DNA of 64,000 nt from Podarcis bocagei (lineage: Eukaryota), in NCBI GenBank assembly GCA_964188305.1, contig OZ076885.1. One strand, given 5' to 3'. This document shows, piece by piece, positions 25,821-39,777 of this stretch. The notes beneath the pieces were generated by a model. It was not told the origin of the DNA. It was given only the letters and a program-made list of their open reading frames with translations, and searched no databases. The position numbers and the translations under genes were made by a program. The first letter of the stretch is position 1. Every line of letters starts with the position of its first letter.

Positions 25821-27149
25821 ATGGATTTCTAACATTTTAAGAGAAAGGCAAAACTTCATTAGCTAAAATTAAACACTTCCCCCACCCTTCAAAAGAGTCA
25901 CATTTTAATCTACCTATAACAGGCTCCTAGGATTCTCTCTCTCTTTTTAAAAACATAAACAAACTTCTCCTTGCTATCTATTTAACCATCTGTTTGGTTA
26001 ATATGATTTCATCCCAAACCAGTTTTCTGAGAAGAAAAGGTCAAGAAAATGTCCTGGATTCTTGTTTCTCCTTGTCAGGAAATCTAAATTAATCCTGATT
26101 ATACAAATGAGAGTGATGTCAATGAACTCAGAGTTTTGACACCGGAGTATTTTTTCCCCATTAATACTTTTTAATTGGCTGAGGTCACTTCTAATACTAC
26201 TAGCAGCATTTTATATTTAATTGTGTTTATGCGCGTTTCCTAGTTACGTATGTCCAACTATTCCTGTCCTCCTTTTGTACTCCCAAATACAAGCAATAGG
26301 AAGTTGCTTGAAATCAGCTAGCTCGCGTCACGCTACAATTTAAATATAATAGCAGCAATAATCAGAAATGGAGCTATTCAACACAAAATGGAGCTTGTAG
26401 ACATGGCACGTAATTTAGTTTAACTTGTATGACAACATGCTAGCTATGGGAGGGCACCATATAGATTGTACTTTTTAGCCAACACAGAAATCTCAGCAGA
26501 ACACACTAGATGGCTCTCTGGGTCCCTTCCAACTCTACAATTCTATGATTCTATGAAATCCATCATTTGCTGCTGCACTCATTGGCCTACATTGCCCAGT
26601 GAATTATTATATTATAAAAGTGTTGGTTTCCACTACAAAATGTTAATTTCCCAACCATCACAAAGGGGGAGGGAGAAGCAGAAATAATGGTCTTTCATGA
26701 AAACAATGATTTCCACTGATCAAAATGAACACATTCCTCTTCCTTTCTGTCTTTTTCCATTTAATATGAAGTAAGTTACCGGTATATTTCTACACCCACT
26801 CCTATTGCAATATCTGTATGCCTTACAGACACACAACACTGTTCCTAGTATCCATCTCATGCAATAAAAGTGTTAACAGGGCCATTATTTTCTGAAGAAG
26901 AAGAAGAAAGTAGGAAATATACATATATATATATTTTGCAAATAAACTGTATTTTCTTCAGTGGCTCCTCTGAAACCGTTTTTCTCCTGGCTTTCAGTAA
27001 CCACGAACATCATTCATCTTTCCAAGAAGTTAATGCTACCAATGCTCTATTCCAATTTCTCAGCAAACCCAATCCTAAAAGTGCACCTCCAAAAGTGTGT
27101 ATCCATCAAATAAAGCTGAACATTTTATAAGTGGTGCCATCACTGATAA

Positions 27150-27475
27150 CAGAAGAGCTTAAGAAGAGCCCTGTTGGATCTGACTGAAGTCCCGTCCATC
27201 ATCCTGTTCTCACAGAGACCAACCAGATGCCATTGAGAAGCCCACAAGCAGACCCGGAGCCCACCAACACTCTCCCCACTTGTGGTTCCAAGCAACTGGT
27301 ATTTACAGACATACTGTCCCCAGCAGTGGAGGTTGAACCAAGTAATTGTTGCTCATAGCCCTTGATAGCCTCCCTTATTCTCCATGAATTTATATAACCC
27401 TCTTCTAAAGTTATTCTACTTGGTGGCCATCGCTACTTCTTGTGTGAGAGAATTTCATAGCTTAACTCTGCACCT
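27150..27475 (-). mobile_element. CR1-like LINE 3' end
   Basis: Reverse complement of the 3' part of the 22735 element (ATCCTGTTCTCACAG, CCAACCAGATGCC, TCCATGAATTT). Confidence 0.65.
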
Positions 27476-30400
27476 TGGCATCTTGGCTCCTTCAAAGATG
27501 AGTAATTTGGTGAAGTAATGCATGGAATTTAGTATAATAGGTATTTCCACCCCTTTAAAAATGGGGGGGGGACACCTTCATGTTATTGTTGCAAGCTATC
27601 CAAGAACCCAACAGCAGTATCTTTACACTGAATTTCACAGTATACGCGGGGGCCATTTTGGGCACATCCAAGTGGCATGTGATCGCTGATGTGTGGGACC
27701 TTTTGGACCTGGAAGAAGGCAGAATGGGGGCAGTGTGTAATAGGGCATGCTTATATGTGTTTCGCCAGTGCACAGGTGGGTTGGGAGCAGAACCCCCCCC
27801 ACACAAAATTGTCGCTGCCCGTAGTGCTTTATTAGTGGTCAGAAGTGCACTAGTCACTCAGCGTCTATCTCTCTTATAGGCAGCCTGTCTTTATTCCATG
27901 CCCAAACCCCAATTGCCTCAAGCAATTCAGATTCTGCATCAAGAAATTCTACATTCCTGTACAGATTTTGCACGTTTATCAGACCCATATAGCTTATCAC
28001 AGTTTGTGTTGTTAATTTTGGCATGCTGATGCTGCAATCCTATACGTACATCCCTGGGAATAAGTGAATTCAGTGGGATGGACTTGTAAGTAGGCATGCA
28101 TATGGATTGTATTGTGACTCCACTGGTCATGGGGAGGGAAATAAAGTCATCTATAGCATTGGAGCCTTGCCCCAACAACTAGAAACCTTATTCAGCCACC
28201 TCTCAGGCTTCTGAGATTTTTGCTGGCATTGCCCACATACCTTCAAGAATATCTTTGCACCCACAGGGCTATAGGCTTGTTTTTCTGAAATGAAAGCTGG
28301 GATTATTAGGAAGCTGAATTTTGCCCCCCAAATACCAGATTTGCATTTTTCCCGTGTTGCTGCAGAATCACAGCATACATTCAGTTCTGGCTATCAAGGA
28401 GGGAAAACTTCCAAAGGTTCCAGCATAGCAAAAATGTGGGGTAACGATGCCCTGAACCACATAGGAGAAATGGATAATATAGAGACAAAGGTCTATCATT
28501 AAATATAGCAGCAATGCACACACTGTGAAACCCAGAAAGCACCGGGAATAAGATGGACGCAAGGTTTAGTTTGTTGGGTCCAATGTCATCTTTCCTGATG
28601 TTTGAGATCCTTCAGTGGTGACAGAGTTATACCTTGTGCCTATGCACTCACAACTCATAAGAACTGGGAATTAATTTCACTGGTGTTACTGGATTACTCT
28701 CATGTGCTCTGGTAGGCATTAAAAAGTTAGTGTCTGAGCAGAGAGCAAAGTATCTGGGTATCTGGTGTCCAGAACCTGAGTGCATTTCTGCCTCTCACTT
28801 CATGATTCTCTGGGCTAACAATACCAGAGATCTTGACCACATGTCTTGGTGATAGCTGAAAATGAGAAGAAATAACAGGAGGGGAGATCAACATGCAGAC
28901 AGAGAGAAAGTGCAGCAAAAAAACCCCCTTTGTTAACAAGAGCCCCAACAAGATAGGCTTAGCCACAGAGAGATACGGTGAATCCTGCCATTGGATCTCT
29001 ATTATTCCATTTCCAACGAGCCTTTCAAGTGATTTTCAACCCAGTTTATCTGCATTGGACTAGACATATTTAAAATATGTGGTTTATTGCTAAATTGCTT
29101 CAGGATGTTTCATAAGAAGCGGTTCATAGATTCAGGACTGACTAAATGTGGGAAATCAGGAAACTCTTCCTGCACTGTGGGTCGAAACATGCTGGAAATG
29201 ACTTCTCTTTCCCTTCCAAGAATTTATTGAGTTTATTGATGAATTATTCATGATATTTCTCCCTTGTTACCCATTAGGCCCGGAACTCCTTCCCAGAACT
29301 GTGCCACATCTTCATCTTCCTTCAAATTCCTCAATAACTCATTTTTTTCCATGATGCTTTTGACCAGAGACTTTAACTATTGGTGGGAAACCTGTGACCC
29401 TCCCAGTGTTCTTGGACTCCAGCTCCCATCAGCCCAAGCCAGCATGGCCCATAGTCAAGGGTGATGGGAGTTGTAGTCCAGAACCTCATTCCACATTAAG
29501 AACAAAATATTAAGTATATATAACATGGATCTCTTCTTCCCTCTGCTCTCTTCCTTCCCATCCTCATTCAAATTTGAATTATAAAGTCTGAGGCTGATGG
29601 AGAGATGGGCAGAGAGATAGATTTCTGTCAGGTCCTGTCTCAGGACTTAGTGGTTCCTCCTTGCTGGGGACTGGTAAATCTGAAAGTGGGTTGTATGAAT
29701 AAAAGACTGTTGAGGAAGCCCGGGAGAATTATGGAACTATTTTGTCTTTCAGAGTATAAATGTCAGCAGAATGCTAAAAGTTAAATATCCTACTGGGTAC
29801 CAATCCAAACCACAGTGTTCTCTTCAGCCACTGTGTATGGCTTGTGGTCAGAGATGAAACTTATATTGAATTACATATGCATAAGGTCTAAGGGGTTCCT
29901 TATTAAAATGACTCATTTGTGTGCTGTCATTCATTTCATTGAATATGTGAGATGTTGAATCTACCATTAACTGAAAATACAGACCATGCTGATACCCATT
30001 AGAAGATGGCCAAATGCCAGCTCCAATGGTTCCTGCCCCCTTGAATCCATACTAAAGGTGAGAATCCCTGTGTGGTCCCATTGATCTGTAAACTGGCAGA
30101 TGCATTTGACCCCTGTGGCCAAATCTATTGTCTCTTTCCATCATTGTGGCCAGTCATCTTGTTTGACCATTTAATACTGGTATCTAGTAATGGGTAAATT
30201 ATAAAGTCCCAGGACTCTTTAAGATTTCTCCACAATGGTTTTTGTTCTGATTTGTAAAGCAAGACAAAAGCATATTTCTCATTCATACGTTGATAGTGGA
30301 CTATAACAACAGTAGAACCCCTCAGAGGTATAATAAAACAAAATTATTACCATATTTTTTTCTTTGATTTTATCTTGTTTCCACGACCTACAATCTATTA

Positions 30401-33400
30401 ACTATACAGCTGGTGGATAGTAAAACCAAATGAATGCATGAAAGAGTGTGGTTAAAAACAAATCTATCTTTGATATTCTTATATGGAAGGAATCAGAATA
30501 CTTTATATCTCTAGAAGATTCTGAACATTCCAAAACAGGGCAGGCCCAGATGGGGTCAGTTCCAATTCCAAGCAGAAAATGGCCAGTCAAATGTTCTCTA
30601 GCTTTTCTCAACAGGAGCAACCATTAATTTTGAAGTCATCTCTATGATTTAATATGAAATGTCAGATGTGCTGTAGACATTGTCACAAGAAAACCTAGGA
30701 TCCTCTTGGTTCTGGAAATCAGGTACACCTAGAAAGTCAGTTTTATTCCATTGTCCCCTATATAGCTCCAAGGTCTGCTGCATACTTTCAGCCTGAGCAA
30801 TCAATCACTGAGTTGATACCTCACATCAAATTTATGGACATCCTCACCTAGTGATTTCACAGAGGTGTTTATCCAGCATGGGAGGCAAGATAGAACCCTG
30901 AGGGGTCACATAGTATCAATGCCACAGAGCTGAGCAATAATTCTTTAGCATCACATTCTAGAATAGGTGATACAAGCTGATTCAGAACCCTTGTACTGTG
31001 GTACCCTCAAACTGGACTTGTTGCCTAGGAGATGGTATGTCATGTCATCTTTCCAGTGTGAGTGAGTAACAGATCTCTATCTATCTATGATCTATCTATC
31101 TATCTATCATCTCAATTGAAGGCATCTGACACCCATAGAACAGTCTAATTGCTAGACAGAAGCTGTTTCATTTTCATTATTCTTTCCCAAAGATTTTTCT
31201 GAAATCTAATCTTTGGAAGAATAGCTACTTAACGTGGAAGCATTTTCCAAGCTGCCTCCCCTGCCCCCTGCAGTCCTATTCAGTAGTGATCACATATCCA
31301 ACCCATATATGCAACATGCATTACTTTGCCGCGCAATAAAACATGTTTATATCCTGCTATGACATTACTGGTGCTTACTGTGTTAAAAATTGACTTGCCA
31401 AGTGTGTTTTCATTAAGGAAAAGAACTGAAATAGTTAATGAAGGCTGGCTTCCTCCAGCCAATTAAGTGCGACAGTAGTGCAGTTTTGGAGGAAGTGATA
31501 TTAAGATTACAGAAATTTGTGAAACAGACAAAATTGCACATATAGTCATAAGCATGTTTCAGGCTACAATCCTGTACTTGCTTACTTGGGGGGGGGGAAT
31601 AGTTCCTTTGAACTAAGCCGGACTTACTTCTGAATAGGCACGCATAGGAGTGCATTGCACAACAGTGCCACTACTGAGCTTAAGAGAAAGGAGGGATTGA
31701 CAAGTAAACCTGTGGGGCATTCTGAGCACCTATGGGTGAAAACAAGTCATGTGATAAAGTCAGAGCCACCCACCACAAGTGATTCTGGGTGAGGTCAGCT
31801 TTTTCACTCTGAATGGCAGCAGGGATTCACACAATGCTGAACCTGCTACAGAACTGCTTTGCTTTTGCCACTGCCTGATCCACCTTGCCTTGCTTAGTAT
31901 TCTTTGCCCTTGCTTCCTGGATCTTGTCACCACACGGATACAACAAAAATCAGAATGCTAGCTGCAAGCTCCATATTCTGTGAAATCTGATTATCAGAAT
32001 CAAAACTGGCGTTCACTTTTCAGGCACAGACTCAAGTTTGGCATTGTGAAGAAGCTATTATTTACGGAAACCCCATCTTCAGACTCACACCCTTGTTTAG
32101 CAACAGGAAAAATCTGCTAATTGAGTTAAATTTGGCAAATGTTTCCATTGTTTTGCATATGTCAATTCAAATTGGGAACCCACGGGTTTTGCATTATTTT
32201 CCAGCTCTGTTTGCACAGCCTCTGTTTGCCCTCGAGAGCTGGAGCCAAAGCTTTTCTTTTTATAGGAGTGCCTAATTTGCATTGTAGAAGCGCTTGCCTC
32301 GGTGGTGTTTAACGTTGCTGTTGCTGAGGGTTGACGTTAAATAGCAAGCTAAGCAAAAATGGCAACAGATGCAACTTTTACTGGCATTCAAGCATCCCTG
32401 CAGCTGCAGCACCACACACTGAATTAGTGGTGTCTGGTGCCCATTGAGACTGTAGTGGGGCATTCAGGCAGGGAGCCCAATGGTCAGTTTACCCAGAGCC
32501 AATGACAGATGCAGCCAACTAATTCTACTTTTCTCCACAACTCCTCCCTGCAGAGGCAACATTGCTATGAAGGAGGGAAACTGCAAGCTGTACCACCCCT
32601 GGACTGGTTGTCTGTTTAGCAAGTAGGCAAACGGGGGTTGGCTGAGAACAGACTGAGGTTAGCAGAGCAGAGCCCCATTTGCTTCAATGGACCGGCCTCC
32701 AGTTAGCTGCATCATAACTCGGCCAATGGGTTGCTGGAGAGCAGCTGGTCTTTATTGAAAAGCACCATAAAGCACTGACTCATGAAAATGCAGGCGATTT
32801 GATATTTAAAAGCCTTGAAGGCTCATAAATCACCAGAGATTAGATTGCTAAAAATACTGTCTTCTTTAATTTGTGGAGTTTCTGTTCCCCCACCCCCACC
32901 CCCTGCTGTTCCTGAATTAGTAGCTCCTTTCTCGTCTCCACCAGGCAACCCTTTGGCAAGACTTATTACATTCTAAAGGTCATAACTTGTTGGTAAAATG
33001 GGATCGCCTGAGTCATTATCATGCTGCTATCAACCATATCACCATCTCTTACCAGATCCACTTGAGGGCAGAGCAGGGCTCACTTCACATGCCTTATTAT
33101 GAAGAACCATTAAAAGTCAACATAGTGTTGATTAAAGAGTGTATTGTTATATATTTATGGTGCAGGAGGCAGTTCAGATTCCCTGCCTCACTCAGGCCAA
33201 AACTCTTTTATGCCACCTTTGCTTGGGTTGGTAGCATTCATGCAATTCTCTGAAATTCAGGGCTCGTGCCAAAGGCCAGCATCACTGGGCATCTGATGAG
33301 GCCTGTCTGCTTAGCAGGAGCTTCACTGTTGATCCCTGGAACCTCTGACCCGTGTTGCTCTGCCTTGGAATCTGCTCTTCTCTTGCTTTTTGACCATGCA

Positions 33401-34624
33401 AGTGCTCCCAAGAGTGACGAGACAAAGCTGCATCCTCTCCTTGCTTTCCACTCTCCCTCTGGGTGGTTGAAAATGGGCAATGGTGGTGGTGAGGATGCCC
33501 TAACTGAATGAGGCTATCTTGATCAATAAAATATTTGAGGGCCACCCCCAAGTTAATGGGCATTGCCATTCAAATTGTGTCCGTGTGCCGCATCATGTGA
33601 TCAGTTATGCAGGGCAGGGCTTACTTGCCCCCCCCATATTTTATTCAAGTTGGCACCCCTGTCATGAACTATCCAAAATGTGGAGTTGGCACTATCTAGT
33701 TTGTTTATATCTTGGATAATCTTTCCACTCTGATGCATCTGAAAGGTGTGCAAGGCTTCTGTTGCACCAACTGACTTTTATGTTTACTTCAGAATCAGAG
33801 TTGGCTTGTACTCAGGTCCTGCTTGTGGACTTTTCACAGGTGTCTGGCTGGCCACTGTAAGAACAAGATAATGGACTAGGAAGGCCTTAGATCGTACAGG
33901 GCTCTACCTATGTTCTTAAGTGGGGCTACTTCCAACTGTTGATAGCCCCATGGAGCTCCAGATTGTGTCTATTGTGATAAATAGTCCGTTGCGATGATAA
34001 CTGATATGGTAAAAGTTCTTCTGCAGAACTATTCTGTGATGACCATACATGAGCCTTACATTTTCTTGAATGGTGAGGAATATCACACATGTTGCATGAC
34101 TGCTGTTATTTAAATGGGATGTGTGCTCTTGTAATTAGTTTAAAGTAAATGACTTTAACCTGAAAGGAGTTTGCTTTATACAGGTGAGGAAAAGAACCAG
34201 GTGTATTCAATTAACAATCTTATTTTTGAAATACTGAAGCTTTTTCTGATGACGTACTCTGGGATATAGGCTGCTCACATAAAACATCTTGTAAATGTGT
34301 TTGGAATACAGGCCAGCATTAAGAAAGCTGACCTCTTTCAGCTTGTTTCAATTCTTCATTTGAGATTTTAATGTTTGAGGAACAAAGAACTTTGCCAGGC
34401 AGTTTGCAAGTTTATGGAGTTCTGCTTTGGGGAAATAATGGAAAACTGGTTTCAAAAAATAATTTCCTTTAGATTCATTCCCATAAAGATCTATGCTTGT
34501 CATATCCTGTAACAGGATTCACTAATAGATTTCAGGATCCTTTATTGCCAGGGGAAGGTGAGTTGAATTAATATGACCTATAGTTACTCTAGTTGCTTTG
34601 ATGCACTTAGTGAGTGGAAATCAA

Positions 34625-35063
34625 TAAGCTACAATTCCCAGAGTTCCCTGAGAGAAAGGATTGGTTGTTAAACCACTCTGGAAATTGTAACTCTGTGAGG
34701 GGAATGGGGGGGGGTGTCTCCTAATGATTCTCAGCATCCTTAACAAACTAAACTTCCCAGAGTTCTTTGGGGGAAGCCATGATTCTTTTAACATGGAATG
34801 ATACTGCTTTAAATGTACAGTGGTACCTCAGATTACAAACGCCAGGTTACAAACCCTTCAGGTTACAGACTCTTCTAAGCCGGAAGTAGTACCTCCGGTT
34901 AAGAACTTTACCTCAGGATGAGAACAGAAATCGTGTGGCGGCAGCAAGAGGCCCATTAGCTAAAGTGGTACCTCAGGTTAAGAACGGTTTCAGGTTAAGA
35001 ACGGACCTCCGGAATGAATTAAGTTCATAATCAGAGGTACCACTGTATAGTGCAGATGGGGCC
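34625..35063. repeat. Interspersed repeat (CTACAATTCCCAG / CCTTAACAAACTA family) interrupted by a MITE
   Basis: Shared blocks with 22232-22560 and 46310-46462 (GTTTGTTAAGGGTGCTGGGAA, CTCTGTGAGGGG). Confidence 0.6.
34818..35045. mobile_element. Tc1/mariner-pogo-type MITE, family A copy 3 (opposite orientation)
   Basis: CAGTGGTACCTC...GAGGTACCACTG with TA flanks. The interior is the reverse complement of copies 1 and 2. Confidence 0.9.
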
Positions 35064-36015
35064 TTAAGAGTGATGTAGGCTGAGGCAGAATGACATTGAG
35101 AGTTGATGGTGTGGCTGTGGCATTCCTTGCAGTTTCCTGAGGGTGCTGTTTACAGAGGAAGACAAAGGCCTGAGAAGTGATTGTTAAGAGCCGCACAGCA
35201 GCAGTGTCCAGGGAAATGGACGCTTGCAGAGACTTTCTTGTGGGCCACCGTGTCAGCTTGAAGCCGTGACCCTACCGTGCTCATTGTCACTCATACTGGA
35301 CTCTTTTATTTCTCTTTGTCAGCAGTTGCACCAGCTCAAAGGAAAAAGAACTATGATGCATTAGTTGTTTCTCCCTTAGCTTCCCTCTCAGAGTTCCATA
35401 CTTTATTTTTTATAAGCAGCATTACTCCTCAGTCCCTACCACAAGCCTTTCTTGCAACAAGGAATCCACCGAAATGAATAGTAGCTGCTGCTAGGTGTTG
35501 TGAACCTCCTGCGTATTTCAGCAAGGGATAGCATAAGAGAAGTTCCCAGTTGGTAGGGTCCTGTACTCAAGTGGTAAGGATCCTGTACTCAAGTGGTCAT
35601 TAATTTATATGATGTTTTATGGCTCATGAGAGGAAAAAATCACAAGTAGCTTATATGATCACTGCTGGTGGTTCTTCTATGTAGCTACATCTCAGTTTTG
35701 CTTCTATTGCTATTTGATAGGGTGATATTTACTGCCTTGCTTAAATTCATTTAAAAATAAAACCATCAAGTATTTTTCTTAAAGAAAGTTAAAATAAAAG
35801 TTGAATAAAACTGTATATCACTGATAAAACCAAGTGGTGTGTAAAAGGAAAAAAAGTTTTAAGATTTAGGAATCAGAGTCCAGGATAGATATGGGTAAAC
35901 ATATGTCTCTGTTATGCGGACACCTCTTGAACCACCCATGCAAGGACATGCCAAAGAGTGGCTGCTACCATCAAGAAAGCTTGTCACCAAAATACAATCT
36001 ATAGAAGATCTTAAG

Positions 36016-36245
36016 CGTGGTTTAGTAGTTAGAGTATTGGGCTAGGACTTGGGAGACTAGAGTTCAAATCCCTGCTTAGCCATGAAACTCACTGGGTGAA
36101 ACTCACTAGGCCAGTGCCAGTTTCTCAGCTTAAGCTAACTCACAGTGTTGTTGTGAGGAAAGAATGGGGAGGAAGACAACCACATATGCTACCATGTGTT
36201 GACTGGAAGGTAGAATAGAGATGCAACAAATGAATAAATACATAA
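36016..36245 (+). mobile_element. MIR/CORE-like tRNA-derived SINE
   Basis: GTGGTTTAGTAGTTAGAG head, GTTCAAATCCC B-box, AACTCACTGGGTGA core and AAATAAAT-like tail. Confidence 0.7.
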
Positions 36246-36249
36246 AGAC

Positions 36250-37150
36250 ACAGCTTGGTCTGTACTGGGTGAGGCAGTCTGCTAGGTACCTTAGTTCTAA
36301 GTTGTTTAAGGCTTTAAATGTCAACCCAAACCCCCTTGAACTTGGCTTGAAAGCTAATAAGAAGCCAGTACAAATATTTCAACACTGGTGTAACATGTGC
36401 AAAGCTGGATACACTACTGAGAATCCTAGAAGCTGTGTTTTCAGGTAGCTTCAGCTTCTGAATCGGGCACAAGGATAGTCTATCTACTGCATGGACCACT
36501 AGGTCCAGGAACTGTTGTAGATGGCAAAACAACCAAATTTGGTAACATGTGCACCATGCTACTGAGGTCATCAAGGCCCATAGTGACAGTGATGGCTCTA
36601 GGAGCACCCTCAAACTATGCACCTTCTTCATCAGAGAGAGTGGAACCCCACCCAAAGCTGGTACAGACCATTTCCTAAACCTAGGGACTATCCATCTAGA
36701 GGGTTTCTGGGCCCCCCTCCATTATTTGGTCACAGTTTATTAACCCTCATCTAACTGTATCCAGGCACCAGTTTAAGATGTGCATGTCCTCTGCTGATTC
36801 ATGTGTTACAGAGAAATAGAACTGGGTGTCATCCACATATGGATGTCACCTTGCCCCATATCATCTAGTGTACACCTTCAGAGGATTTGCATAAATGCTA
36901 AGTAGCACTGGGAACAAAACTGTGCCCTGTGGCACCCTCAAGATCACTTACCAGGTGTGGAGGCACTGTCATCTAATACTGTCATCTGGAACCATCCCTG
37001 GAAGTAGGAGTGACACCATGACAGAACAGTGACCCAAACTTCCAACTCATGAGGAAGACATTGTGGTCAATGGTATCAAATGCCACAGAGCAGACTCAGT
37101 AGGGTTGCACTTCCTCTGTCTCTCCATCAGGGTGACCGAGGCTGATTCTG
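36250..37150 (-). mobile_element. Degenerate L2-like LINE reverse-transcriptase fragment
   Basis: Minus-strand remnants AFDTIDH (about 37063-37083), GVPQG-like (about 36925-36940) and HVTPVLKYLYWL..FQAKFK (ORF 36314-36655). Confidence 0.75.
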
Positions 37151-39745
37151 TCCCCAAACAAGACCCAAAGTACTTGTCTTATTTAGTAGCTGTGAGGTCT
37201 CTTAGTCTGCTTAGCAGAGTATATATAACCTTTCACCTCAAATCTGACCACCATCTTTAATTACAATAGGCTGAGAAAGTTCCTAGAAACCTCCCAGTGG
37301 TGAAGATGGTAGCAAAATTCAACACACAGTGCTTTATTTGGTATCAAATAAAGTAAAAGTAGGCTGGGAACAGAGACCACAGTAATATGCGAAATGAATC
37401 TTCTGTTGGGGATACACTCTATAGCCAGGAAAAGCAATGAGGAGCAATGAGGATCTTGGAAAATGTCCAGGGCAGGAGATTAGGGAAACACACAGATCAA
37501 GGAATTAAATTACAAAGCAGCTGATAAACTGCAAGGCTTGTTGTGTGGGGGTGGGGTGGGGTGAGGATATCACAGGAACTCCAGGGGCATCAGAAAATTG
37601 AAGAAAACTATTACACAAGCTGAGAACTTTGAAATCAATAGATGTTTTGTGAACGAAGACCGAACAGAGAGGAGTATACATGACAAGGGTTGTATCTTGG
37701 TGATTGCTATGGCTCAGCAGTGGAAGCAAAAATGTATGCATTGATAGTCCTTCTGCTAGCACTGATCTCCAGCTTATACCAGATCCACATCTATGGGCTA
37801 GGGGAAAGCTCACACATGCATGTACATCACCTGATTTCTATGTGTTTAGGTAGGTACATATTGCATGTTTGCCACTTGTTATAATAAGATCAAATAATGA
37901 CCTGCATGGGTCAGTGGACCATCGTAGTATAAAACACCAAAGATGGAACTTTAATCTCTTTCATGTCATCTCACATGCCATGCTTTTCAGTGAAGGCAAT
38001 TTACACCTTCATCTGCCAGTCACCAAATGAACAGTGATCAAGTGCAGAGATGTCAAGTGGTGCAAATGCATGTGTGAGCGAAGCCTTAACAACTGACCGG
38101 TGAATGTGCGAGAAGAATTGCAGTTGAATTGACACTGTGTGATATGGCCATTATTTATGTGCAATGATTTGGCTGCAGTAGCTCATTTGAGCTGTAGTAG
38201 CTCATTGATGCTACAGCCATGTACAAGACAAGGATTATTATTCATCCTTGGTCTTATTGACAATGTGGACTAGAAATCCAATTCTAAAAAAGACTTAAAA
38301 ACCTAAGGGTCAAGCCAACCTGCTTTTTACTCTGTATTCCAGAACAGTATATACAAATGGGGGGGGGGGGATGAGAAATAGATTGAAAAGAAGATGGAGA
38401 ACGTGTTGTCATAGAACATTTCCTAAGACAGCTGAGAGGCTTCTTACAAGACAGAACATCTTTGGATTGAACTGAATATATGAGTAATTTGCTATTTGAC
38501 TCTTCGCGGACACAACAAAATATAAGAACTTCAGTAGATAGGCTGACATTTATTGCCATGACAGAATCCTAGACAGGAACTTGTCAAACAATGAGCTTAA
38601 GACAGCATTTTAACTCTGGCATCTTTATAAAGTCAATAACAGCTGCATCAAAGGGCAATCATGACCAATGTGGGCGTCTGCCAATTGTGTTTTGAACTGC
38701 TGCAATAAGCTAGCCAATCTATGGGAAGTTTGCTAGGTTTGTGTGTGTGTGTTTTGACACCCACATTTCTCCTTAATTATCTTCATGAGGCTGAGGTAGT
38801 TAACGCCAGATCTATAGCGCTTCTTAGATGTCAAAATGCCCACACACCTTATGCAATCCCTGGGTTCCCGGCCCCCTTTCGCATTCTTCTTAGCTGGTCC
38901 ATCTAATTATCTCTTATCATGCCTGTATATCATGTATTATTCATGAAGTTCAAGGTGTAAATAGCTTCTGATTTAAAAAGCCAGAATACGTCTAATTACC
39001 ATTGCATGCATTTCTCCCCTTCCCAGTATATATATGAGAATATGATCAACTTTGGCATTTATGATTGAGAAATGAACAAATACTGTTTATAATGATGTTT
39101 ACGTTTTTAAAAGTCTCCCATGAATTCTAGACCAGTTGACACACATACTGGTGGTTTATTATTGTCTTTTCCTGTTCTGAGCCACAGGGGGGGGGGGGAA
39201 GGACATTAATCCATACCCCACCCCCCACATGTGATATGGTCAGGGAAACATTTAAGATGGCAAGCTAGTGAAAAAGTTGAGGCTTAATGATTAGGTTACC
39301 TAATCATTCTGCCTGAATGTCAGAGTAAATTGGATGCCACATAGGATATAGGTTAAGTACCCAGCTGGAAAAATGGTGCCCTCGATGCACTGCAGAAAGA
39401 GAACCAACTTTCTAACTGATCCTGCCTGCTTCAGAAGGAAAGAAAAGGAAGCATGTTTGCTTTGGGACATTGAATTTAGAATAAGACATGCTTCCAGTGC
39501 TGGAAAGTTTATACACATTCTGTATTAAATGGCCTTTTCTTTTAGAAACTTTCTTTCTTATTTGTATCTTTTATGCAGTTTTGTGATACAGTAATTTGAA
39601 GGTGTATCTCCCCCTGCTTTCATTTTTCATAGGGCATGACCCAGACAAAGTTTAAGCCCCACTGATTTCAGTAATTTAAACAAATGCTGAGTTTTCACAT
39701 TGAAACTAAGCTGTCCTAACTTTAATTGGATACACTTTTTTCTTT

Positions 39746-39777
39746 AAACAAACAAACAAACAAACAAACAAACAAAC
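39746..39777. repeat. (AAAC)n microsatellite
   Basis: Directly visible. Confidence 0.9.

Noticed and set aside
33238-33569. Overlapping 80-95 aa ORFs
   Set aside because: No recognisable product and no convincing paired splice sites.
35550-35597. Short tandem duplication (TCCTGTACTCAAGTGGT x2); similar ones near 44746 and 57084
   Set aside because: Only two units each, consistent with ordinary slippage duplications and not CRISPR-like arrays.
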